Shown here piece by piece: positions 14,103-25,224 of a DNA stretch of 64,000 bases; within the stretch, counting starts at the first letter, position 1; each line of letters begins with the position of its first letter. The stretch is from assembly GCA_024679065.1 (NCBI GenBank), contig JAGIQG010000010.1:82274001-82338000 (forward strand), given 5' to 3'. The DNA comes from Sphyrna mokarran (lineage: Eukaryota). The position numbers were made by a program, and so were the translations under genes. The notes under the pieces are model-generated. The model was not told the DNA's origin. It saw only the letters and a program-made list of their open reading frames with translations, and ran no database searches.

Positions 14103-14412
14103 CAAACAGAACCCACTACGTTGATGAAGTTGAGACCCGCTGGATTTGTCATCACCTGGGTGGATGAACTCCCTGTTGTAATGGAAGTTACCATACTGGA
14201 AAGAGGTATGGTCATTACTGGCAGAGCTTGACTGAGAGCCATCTGCTGTTGGGCAAAAGGAGTTAAAAGGGTCTGCGGATTGAGGCCTGATTCTTGTGGA
14301 GGAGTAGCTGTGGGAGTGGCTGTAGATGCTGGGGTTTGGACATCAGAAGGGTGTGGAGTTGATGAAGGGGTGTTGGTTGGTGTGGGGGTTGATGGCTTGG
14401 GTGTTCCAGATC
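14103..14412 (-). CDS. SUPT20H: SUPT20H coding exon (R)SGTPKPSTPTPTNTPSSTPHPSD...QVMTNPAGLNFINVVGSV(C) (310 nt)
   Basis: tgagcag|GATCT...GTTTG|gtaaga; P/S/T-rich low-complexity region. Confidence 0.95.
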
Positions 14413-16484
14413 CTGCTCATCAAGAAAAAAAAGTGCCACATTATTACTTTAAAACCGATACAGAGGTTTTCTGTAAAACTGCCTCCCCAAAAAAACAATT
14501 TAATGTTAATGCCAAGGGGGAAAAAATAGTTCACTCAAGTAAACAGAAATAGTGACTTGCGATTGTACACATTGCAGTCAAATAGGTTTCAAGATCATCT
14601 ATAAACCATTAATCAAGTCACTCTCCATCCATTCAGTTTGAAGGAATTAATAGCTCACATAAACAACTGCAGTATACAAGTATGAAAATTAGACTTAGAA
14701 ATAATCTTCCACTGCCTGAATAGTTAATAGAAAAATACAGATATAAATCAATAATTGGGAGACATCAGATATAAATCAGTAACATCAGGTGTGAAACAGT
14801 AATGTCAGATATAAATCAGTAATTGCACACTGCAACAGTTTAAGAAGACAGCACATCACCACCTTCTCAAGGACAATTCAGGATTGACAATAAATACTGG
14901 CCCAGTCAGCGATGCCCACATCCCATAAATGAATTAAAAAACTTTTAAGCTTTATCTATGCATCTTAAAATTGCCAAATATTTAACAGATAGCATGTGAT
15001 TCTGTACAATTAAATGGCTCAATATTATATCCTACCAATTAATGGGATAATGAACCATTGGGGTGAATTTAGGCCATTCTAATAGTTAATACAGTTAATA
15101 CATATGTAGCAGTTGTTACACATGCCAAAAAAATTATCTTATGTGAGACTACTTTTAGAGATTGGTAGATAAATACTTTTGCAGATTACTGAAGTTTGAG
15201 GACAACTTGTTCCCATGATAAGAATACAGTTTTAACAATAGTTCCACTTCTAACAAGTGTCTTAAAGATAGATTCTCTTTGAAGTGTAAGAACTATATAA
15301 AATCAAATTATATCTTAAAACACAATGTAACATGCAAAGTTTACATTCCTTTTTTTAAATACAGCGACAGATCAACTTGAGAGTCCACAATTAAAAGATC
15401 TGAAGAGAAATCTGAACTTGTACCAAGTGAATGCTAAGTGAAAGAGAACACACACTATCTTAATTTTAGTTCTCCTTTTATCAGATAAGGAGTTCAGAGG
15501 GCACTTTAGAAATGTCCTTCACAGTCCACACAATGAGAAAGAGACAAGTTTGCTGGTGGGTGTTGCAAGGAATCAATGATTTATTCTACGTTGGGATTTT
15601 GAAACAGTTACTGAAAAGTGAAAAATCTTGCAAACCTTGAAAGTTTTATTCAATGTGTCTATCAGCAAGGATATCCTAGTCAGGAGGGACTGGTGGGTAT
15701 TAACCTTGCATTAACACTACTAAATTTAAATTCAGAAACTTCAAACTAGTTATTTTATATGCATGTATGGTTGTTTTGAAGTGCTGTGCCCATGAATCCA
15801 ATTTCAGAAGAAACGTTTTAAAATCTATATGAAATATATATAAAATTAATGTAATTCTCTTTCTCTGCATATTGTTACGATGTGTAAACTTTGTCATTGA
15901 ACTGAATCCTGGAAGTTGATTTGGCTTTACTTATTTCCTATCATGTATTGTAATATTATTAAGTGTTCCTCTGGCAGTCACTGCTCATATACTGCTCCAA
16001 ATGAAGCTTAAGACAATCTTTTTTTCCCCTATGTGCTTTCTAACCTTTTGGTCCAGTCATTGATTCCAGGAACATCATACTTCAGTTACATTTTCATTTT
16101 TAAACCTGTTGCAAGTAATTCTTATTGAGATTTTCCAACCCAGTCACCTTTTCTGCATTTTTCAAAGCCACAATTTCCTTAGCTATTTACATGCCCTTTA
16201 TTTCTTTAGTATTTAATGTTTCAAATCATTCCTTGACTAAGAAGATTTGTTACATCACTGGACTCAAGATTTCTCCGAGTTTAGAAATCCTTTTGTAATA
16301 GAGGTATTTCCCTTGTGTGTGCCAGTCAAGCTTGAAGACTATTATCATCGAGTTTGATTTGTCCTAATTTGTAGATCAGCTTTATCAAGCCGTGCCTTCA
16401 GTGCTCATAATATAATTTAGTCAGAAAGGCTGAAGACAAGGCAAAATTCCCCAAATCTCAATTTAATTATTAAAAAAAGAAAAT

Positions 16485-16966
16485 AGACTTGCATTTATAT
16501 AGCGTCTTTCATAACCAATGGACACATTTACTTTATGGTGTATAAATACTTTGGTATATATGGTACTTTATACCATATATACCAAAATATTTTATAGCCA
16601 ATGAGGTGTTTTTGAAGCAAAGTCTTTTGCAGTAATGTAAGATATGGAAGCAATTTGCACATAGCAAGCTCCTACAAAGAAGAATGAGATGACCAGATAA
16701 TTTTTCTTTTTGAGATGTTGATTTAAAGATAAATATTGGCCAGGGTACTGGGGATGACATTCCTGTTCTTCTCTGAAATAGTGCCATGGAATTTTTTTTT
16801 TATGTCCATCAGAGTAGGCAGGCAGTGTTTCAGTTTAACACCGCAACCAAAAGCATCTCTGGCAGTGCAGTACTCCTTCAGCATTGCATTGGAGTCTCAG
16901 CCTTAATTTATGCACTCAGGTCCTGGAGTGAGACTTGAACTCACAACCTTCTGACTCAGAGGTCAG
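16485..16966 (-). mobile_element. Deu-domain SINE (SacSINE1/AmnSINE-like)
   Basis: Reverse complement of the Deu core (ccatggcactatttc..gaagaacagga..ccccagt), tRNA head ttgaactcacaaccttctgactcagagg, and L2-type tail gacttgcatttatatagcg. Confidence 0.75.
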
Positions 16967-17355
16967 ATGACTGAAATACTTGGCTCTCAGTATTTTAGAC
17001 ATCAAAAATATTTGGTCAGAATTCCTAAGAATTACATCAAAGTTGCCTTAGGTGTCAGTGCTAGTCATGGACAGTTCATCAAAACAAAAAGACAACCTCA
17101 TAATTCCTTGAATAAGGCATACCTATTGGGTATGCTGGAATTGGGAAATGATTAAATCATTTGCCATTACTAATGTGCTTCATGAGAAACTCTTTAGGCA
17201 ATGATCATCAGTTTATTTGGACCAAGAGAGCCATGAACATGGGGTTTGAAAATAATCCCACTGATGATCTCAATTTCAATATGGAGTATTGAAAGGTAAA
17301 AATAGTGCAAAATAGCATAGCATTTTTTTTTAAATAAGCAGGATAAATATCTCCT

Positions 17356-17660
17356 AGGGTGGCACAGTATTTAGCACTGCTGCCTCACAGCACCGTGGAC
17401 CTGAGCTCAATTTTGGTCTCAGGTCACTGTCTGTATGGAATTTGCATATTCTTCCTGTGTCTGCATGGGTTTGCTCTGGCTGCTCCACTTTCCTCCCACA
17501 GTCCAAAAATGTACAGTTAGGTTAATTGGCCAGGCTAAATTGCCCCTTTGTGTCAGGGGGACTAGCAGGGTAAACATGTGGGGTTATGGGAAAAGGCCTG
17601 GGTGGGATTGTGTATGGTGCAGGTTAAACGGGCCAATGACCTCCTTCTGAACTGTAGGGA
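17356..17660 (+). mobile_element. HE1/V-SINE-like tRNA SINE
   Basis: Head, V-domain core and CR1-like tail ..ctgtaggga. Confidence 0.85.
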
Positions 17661-20619
17661 TGAAAAGTAAAAATGTTTTCCGCCCGGGCATTCAGAGGGA
17701 AGGATGACCTAAGAGTCAGTATGCTTCACTGAAAGAATGATGGACTATGTCAAGCAGTAAATAATGATTTTATCATATTTTAAAGTACACTTTACCATAG
17801 ATAGCTAATATGGCAATTTTAGCACAGACAGATCTGCCTACCTGCAAAATTAAAATATTTATGTTTGACAAAATTGTCAGAGTTACTTTCTGTGCTCGAG
17901 AAGTCTTGCAGGATCACTTAGTAAATTTTGAAAAGTGTCTGTTTCTCCTGAAAAGTTTCTTTAGACTGCTGACAGTGGATGGGATAATGCATTCTATAGT
18001 GGCCAAATTGTTTTTCGAGGAAAGGAATCTTACTGTCTGTAATCCTAATGAACACAGGAAACAATTCCATCTTTTGGAGGTTCTTATGTTGTTCACATAG
18101 TAGGATCATTTGCTAACCATACTGCAAAGTAGTACAGATAAGGAAGGTCATTTTGCAAAGCTAGACCACCCTTCAACATAATCTATGGCCTTACCAACAT
18201 AGTATCCTACAAATGCTCATTCTTGAACATTAGTGATGGGAAAAATTATGGGATCTTCTTTTAACTCTAATTTTAATTAGTGTTTAACAAATAAGTTTAA
18301 CAAATAAATCCCAATCATTAAATAGGAATCAAGTTTTTATCTCTTCCATTTTAAAATATTATGCTTGCACAAAGCAATTTAGTTGTGCACCACAAGAACG
18401 GTCTTCAACCTACATGACGAACAATCTGAAGCATAGTTGCAAATGAAGGCATGGTCACTTTGTAAACAGTGTGTAGCGTATTCATATTGACTGTATCTAT
18501 TCCACTTGTTGTAAAATAAATATGACTACTAAACAAGGATCATCATATCATAACTTTCACATTTCTATAATCTGATGAGAATTCCTCACTAGTAGAAAGG
18601 TAAGTTACAGTTAATGTAACAAGCAGATGTTGCATCCAATGGTTTTTATTCTGTTTGTATCACATTTTAGGTAATTAAAATGGTACAAGGTAGACATAAA
18701 TTTTAACTATTATGAAGTAAAGTGAGGTACAAATTGCAGAGAATGGTTATATTAATAAATCTATAGTGAAAATGGCATTAAACATTTATGCCTAAAACTT
18801 TACTAATAATTTGTCACTGACTGTTCTTAGAAATTGAGTACTAAATTCATTTGCAAAGATTCAGAAAGAAAATCTGTATTAAAAGAACAGAATTACATTA
18901 TTACTTAAATTTTCAGGATTAATGCAACTTCTCCAATAGATTTCACTCGGATTGTCACTACGCTTATTTTTTTTACTTAGAGCTTAAAAATTCTTAGCAA
19001 GTAATTTTGAGAACTCAATAAAAACTAAAGTAAACTGCCTGGAATTCTTTAGGTATGGGAAATCTCTTGTGACTGCCCTAACTTGGATGCCCTACTAATT
19101 CTGACTTGTGAAGTAGAATCAAATTTATAATATTGTTATATATCAAATCGTTTCTAACTTAAAGTATACATCAAGACTTCATATATCATCTAAAATCATG
19201 GCCACAAATTCAAGTAGAATTTAACCTTAAAATTAATATATCCCTCTGTCATCTACAAAAGCCCTTTTTATTGTTAAATTTACCTGTTTTGCAATGTCTG
19301 AGACAAATCTTATGTTTGGGACTCTATGTAAACTCGCATAGACCAAAGTGGATTCAAGACATTAATACAGCTTGAATTGTAAGTCACCAAAAGATTGGAT
19401 TTGTGTAAGTGGATGCTCATGGTACTGGCAATGCTGCATTTATCTTACAGGAAAAATCCTTAAAAATATTTCAGAAATATTTCAACCAATGGACACATAC
19501 GGCAACATTGTTTTCAATTTTAATGTGTGTAAATCTTGTCACATTAGTTCCATAACTGCTGGCATTACTTTGTTCTATATAAGGTTTAAATGGTTATCTG
19601 CATGTAACCTAATAGATTCAAGTATAAAGGTTATGAATAAACAGCATTGGGGAAAAACATATACTAGTTTCCAGCTCAGCATTTCTAAGGGCAGGCACCC
19701 ATTAAATGTTAGCAAATTAATAAGCATTTATATCAATGCAGCTGTAGATATATGATAATTCAAATAAAGAGCATTGTACCTACACTATCAATTAATTTCA
19801 GCAAGTATCACTTGTATTTTCACAAAGGTGCTCTCACATATTGGTTATTTCCCTGTTTCAAGTCTTTTTTCAGTTAACTAAAACAATGTATTATAAAGTT
19901 GATGCAGTTATTATAATGGTGTGAAAGTACAGTGACTTGCAAAGAGTAATTGAAGCAAAAATGTAGTAATGAACAAAAATCATTGCTACAAAATATTTAC
20001 ATTGAAATATATCACAGTATTTGTTTAGTACTTTTCGTATCTAAATACTGCAAAGCACTGTGCAGTGAAGTACTTTTTGAAGTGCACTGATTATTATGTG
20101 AATAAACATGGATGTCACTGTGTGTCAGCAACTTTTCACAAACAGCCATGTCTGCTTTAACAAGTAATAATCGAGGGAGTAGTAATGATGGGCGCTTCTT
20201 TATGTAGTACTGCAGAACTTTTAACACCCATCCTAAGCACCAGATCAGGAGTGTGTTTAACATGTCATCCAAAAACAGATAATGTATCAACCCTCTGCAG
20301 TTTTCATCTACATTATATGCTCAAATAGTGTTGAGAATGATTCTACAAGCAAAATTGCTACCAATTAATTCAAGCACCAAGCCATGTCCATGCATCCCAA
20401 ATGTGCTCTCTGATCGACATCAGATCTTGGCCAAGCAATATATAATTTTTAACGTTCTTATCTTCATTTCAAATCTCCATGACCTTGTTCCTCAGCATCT
20501 CAAAAACCTGTGCCCTACGACCCTCCAAAATCTCCTCCAATTCTGCCCTTTTGTGCTACCCCAATTTTCATTACTCATTATTGGTAGTGGTATCTTAAGT
20601 CGCCTCATGCTGTTGAGAG

Positions 20620-22495
20620 TAATATATTAATGTGGATGGAGAACTGGCTATCAAACTGGAAATGGAGAGTTGGGATGCAATCGGTAATTTTTCATTCAGG
20701 ATCAGTGCTGAGGCCACAGTTCTTTACAAGCTGAATTAATGACTTAGATGAAGGTAGTCAAGTTTGATGTTGACACAAAGCCAGGTAGGAAAGCATGTTG
20801 TTGTGAGGAAGACACATGGAGGAATTTTCCTGTCCTGCCCGCCAAGGGCAAGGTGAGGACTATGTAAAGGTCCACTGACCTCAGGTAGGATTTTCTGGTT
20901 TTGGTTGAGCAGGATTGGGAAATCCTGTCCACAGAGTCTGCAAAGGGATATAGATAAGTTAATTGAATGGACAAAAAACTACATTAAATATAGTATGGGA
21001 AAATGTGAGGTTGTCTATTTTGGTGAGAAAAATACAAGAATGGAATATTATTTAAATGAAGAGAGACTGAAGAATGCATAGGGATCCGGACACCCCAAAC
21101 ATAAATAATAAATAATGAAGATAATGAAAATAATGAAGAATAATAAATAATGAAGGCAAATGAAATTTTAGCTTTCATTGCATGGAGGATAGAGAATAAA
21201 AGTTGGGATTCTCTCCCAGGATGCATCCATTGGGCAGCCTGGTGGCACACTGGTTAGCACTGCTGCCTCACAGTACCAGGGAGCTGGATTCAATTCTGGC
21301 CCAGGGTAACTGTGTGTAGTTTGTGAGTTTTCCCATTGATGATCTCAATCTTCAATATGGAATATTGAAAGGTTAAAGTAGTGCAAAATTACTTATATGA
21401 CAAATCAAACACAGCATTATTTTGTTTTAAAGAAGCAGGGAAAGCAACTTCTTGGACGGCATGGTGACATAGTGGTTAGCACTGCTGTCCGACAGCACGA
21501 GGGACCCAGGTTCAAGTTCGGTTTCGGGCCACTGTCTGTGTGGAGTTTGCACATTCTCCCTGTGTCTGTGTGGAATTCCTCTGGGTGCTTTGGTTTCCCT
21601 CCACACTCCAAAGATGTGCAGATTAGAGCGATGCCAAGTTGCTCCTTAGTATCAGGGACATTAGCAGGATAAATACATGGAGTTATGGGAATGGGGCCTG
21701 GGTGGAATTGTTCTCAGAGCAGGCTTGATGGGCTGAATGGCCTTCTCCTGCACTGTAAGGATTCTATGATGCCACTGGGATCTTCTAGTCTTGCCAAAGC
21801 CAGTGGTCATATGCTTTACTAATGAGCCACACCACCAGGGAACTCCCGAGGGGGAGATGGTCGCCTGCAAGCGAACAAAGGGCTGGTGGGAAGGGCCAGA
21901 AAATCCCAGCCAAAGTCTTACTACAATTATACAGGGTACTGGTGAGTTTAGACCTGGAGTAGTGTAAAGTTTTGGTCACCTTGATTAAGGAGGAGCATAC
22001 TTGCATCGGAAACAGTTCAAAGAAAGTTCACGAGGTTGATTCCTGGGATGTTGGAATTGTTTTACGAGGGAAGTTGCAGCAGATTGGGCCTAAACATGTC
22101 CAGTTTAGATTTTACTGGAAGATTCTGAGGGGACTTGGCACAGTAGACACTTAGAGGATGATTCTCCTCATCAGAGAATTTAGAATTGGGGGATGCAGTT
22201 TCAAAGTAAGGGGTCTCTCATTTCAGATAGAAATGATGAACAATTTCCTCTCAGAAGGTCATCTACCTTTGGAATTCTCCACTCCAGACAGCAGTGAGGG
22301 TTGGGTGAGATACACAGATTATTAATTTACAATGGAATGAAGGATAATTGCTAAGTTTTGGAGTGGGTGTGGGGAGAGGAAGCTAGGCAGAAAAATGGAA
22401 TTGTGGCCACATTCTGATCGGCAATGTTTTTATTGAATGGTGGAGCAGGCTGAAGGGGCCAAATGACCTATCTCTTCTCCTACATTTTATGTTCT
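20620..22495 (+). mobile_element. Old CR1 LINE 3' region interrupted by MITEs and SINEs, itself nested in an L2-like fragment
   Basis: Decayed RT and C-terminal pieces (gatcagtgctgaggcc, ctggagtagtgt..ttttggtc) and a CR1 3'UTR. L2-like flanks lie at 20400-20605 and 22495-22705, ending tgctatataaatgcaagttgttg. Confidence 0.7.
21455..21770 (+). mobile_element. HE1/V-SINE-like tRNA SINE
   Basis: Full head, core and tail ending gattctatga. Confidence 0.88.
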
Positions 22496-23172
22496 TAAGC
22501 CCTGAAATTTCTTGCCTAAAGCTTGGTGCCTTTCTCTCTTCTTTTCAATGTTCCTTTAAACCTATGTCTTTGATCAAGTTTTTGGCTACCTGTCACGATT
22601 TCTCCTTTGGTAGATTGGAGTCAAATTCCGTTTAATAATGCTCCTCTGAAGCAATGTCTGAAGCTTTATTATTTTAAAGGTGCTATATAAATGCAAGTTG
22701 TTGATATAATCTCTGGGCAAATCACATAACCCTAATTCAAATTTCTACAGCCATTTCTGAGGCTCACGTGTGATCAATAACTAGTGGCAGAACTAGGTTA
22801 TCTTAAGATGTTAACAACTTAAGCATGTAAGCTCAAATTTTGAAATTCTTTGAATTTACCACTGGCGTTTGTCATCAAATCTTTTATACATTCATTTTAC
22901 ACCAATGCTTATGAACGTTTCAATTTGTCAACCACAGCACTCATTTATTTTTACTTTGACTATTTTGAGTACACAGACATACAAAATGCTGTAATATACA
23001 ATTATATACATGAAACTTAATTAAATTATACATTTAAATGTGGCACACATTCAACATTAGAGAAAGGCATTCTTAGGGAAAAGCCATACGAAGCAATTTA
23101 GCTTATTAACATGTATGCACACCATTAACGTAGTGAACTAGCCACAAATATGTTGCTAGTTATTCCACTCAC

Positions 23173-23334
23173 TTTGTGATGTACCCACTGGAGACATGGC
23201 AGGTGGTGAGAGGATGTTCGCTTGATTAAAATCCGCAGAATGTTTTCTAGACAAACTAGCACTTTTAGTAGAAGTAGGAGGGGGAGTTGTGGATTTCAGG
23301 TGGCCACTTTGTTGCAACGGACTAAAGACATTTC
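23173..23334 (-). CDS. SUPT20H: SUPT20H coding exon [54 protein letters not shown] (162 nt)
   Basis: ttttag|GAAAT...ACAAA|gtgagt. Confidence 0.93.
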
Positions 23335-24755
23335 CTAAAATAGATCACAAATATATTTTAGTCTAACACTACTTAAAAAACTTATTATTTTGGGAAAACC
23401 AAGGTCTTAACTTTCCATGCTACCCTTTTATCATCCTTTTTTAAGCCATCCTCTATACTATTCTCTCTACAGGAAATGTGATGGACTTGTTTTCTGACCT
23501 TTACCAATCTCTTCCTATTTTCTAACAGTTGAAGAAAAAGAAAACCTCATGAACAGAAATAGGTGGTTTGATCCATCAAAGCTGTTTTTTTTACTGACTG
23601 ATCACCAACTTATTTTAACTTCTTACTTATCACTCTACCTTTATTTTCTCCAAAAACACATTTCCCAGCATTCTGTGGCAATTAGATGTTTTTTCAAAGA
23701 AGCACCAGGCTTCTACAGAATGCAACCCAAAATTCTTGATAGCCATGTCATTCAAATTGGGAACACATAGTAAGTAGGTTGCTTACAATTAATATCATAA
23801 ATAGCATCTTAGGGGCATATCTTAACAAAAAAATTCTAAGTGCCAAACAAGCATTAAAGTGTAAGAGAATCATGCCCATTTTTTCAGTGAGCTTTTAGAT
23901 ATGATCTTACAGCATAGAAGAGGCAAATGTAATTCATGCCTGTACGTGAGTAGAAACAGTAAAAGCTGACTGCTCACATTAGAGGATGCTATTGTGCACG
24001 CACAGATCTCTGTCCTGTGCAACTGAACACTGCAGGTCTGTCAGGTTCCGCCGCCCGCAACCCCAACTCCCGATATCACCTACCTTCCCTGGAACTCCTG
24101 ATTGCTGACCTCCTGGCTGATCGCCCAACTACCCCACCCCCAAATATTGCCTCAATACCCCAGCCACCTCTGGCGAATTGCCTCCCCCCCCCCCCCCGCC
24201 AATGGCACTCTGGCCGATTGCCCCCCCCCCACCCTTGGCCAAGTTGGTCACTACCCCAGCCCCCGTTCTCTGTGTAAGACAAAGTGAAAAAAAAATTATT
24301 CAGGCATCATTCAAGAGAGTCTTCTTATTACTGGCAGTGTTGTTGCAGAACATAGGTGAGAACTATCACTATTTTGATTTGTGCAATCATAATCATCAGG
24401 TGACAATGATTTGTAAAGCAAATGCATTACTTTAACCTATACTTAGAACTATTATCATTTGGATCCGGATTTAAGAATCCCTTTAGATTAAGTTAACTAT
24501 AACATAAATATAAAGGAAAGATTGGTCAGGGAAGTAAAACGAACAATTCAATAACATTGTTAAAAGAAAGGCTGGTTTGGAATATTTAACATATTCCTAC
24601 AAAGTCATGTTACATTTCAGTGATAGGTGTTTATCAGATTTTTCAGTTCCATTCTTCTGAAATGTAATCATCTTCATTTGTGCATGAACCAACATAAGCA
24701 TAATCAGAAATGATTAAGGATGCTATACAAACAGTTCAGTTATGAAAGAATTTAC

Positions 24756-24864
24756 CTGAAGTGCTGCTACTTGAGCTACTAGGAAGTTTAATGGATGGAG
24801 GTCGATATTTCACACCCTTTCCCAGTATAGAAGACTGGACAGATCCAGAAATGTCTTCAGATTG
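24756..24864 (-). CDS. SUPT20H: SUPT20H coding exon [36 protein letters not shown] (109 nt)
   Basis: tttgcag|CAA...TTCAG|gtaaat; homologous to [22 protein letters not shown]. Confidence 0.95.
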
Positions 24865-24935
24865 CTGCAAATAAAAACAAATTAAACAGTTATTCAACCT
24901 AACATATGGAACATATTTTTCCTTTCAGACACATA

Positions 24936-25143
24936 GGGCAGAATTCTCTGGCCTTTTCGCAATGTATTTCTCACGGCAGGAAGTGGCGTGCCATTGGTCG
25001 GTGGTGGGATATAATGATCCTGCCACTATAAAAATGGGATTTCCCATTGACTGCACTTTATGTCACCGAGAAACCCGCAGCAGGAGTGCGTCATCGACGG
25101 GACCAGAAGATTCCACTGGTGTGCACAACTGGAAAATTTCAGT
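24936..25143. mobile_element. Short palindromic MITE
   Basis: gggcagaattctctgg...tggaaaatttcagtc with internal inverted symmetry around tttcccattg. Confidence 0.7.
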
Positions 25144-25224
25144 CATGGTGTTTTTTACTTTTACAAGCACAGCATGCTAGTGTTTAATTATTTTCAATAT
25201 TCTAAGTCATAGTATTTAACAAGT

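Noticed and set aside
14280-14552. Plus-strand V/G-rich ORF
   Set aside because: It is the antisense shadow of the P/T/S-rich SUPT20H exon.
17260-17340. TGATGA motif as a possible C/D snoRNA (also at 21337)
   Set aside because: It is antisense to the host gene and has no well-placed D box or terminal stem.
24017-24435. Proline/glycine-rich ORFs
   Set aside because: They arise from C-rich tracts inside a non-autonomous repeat-like segment; no splice or homology support.
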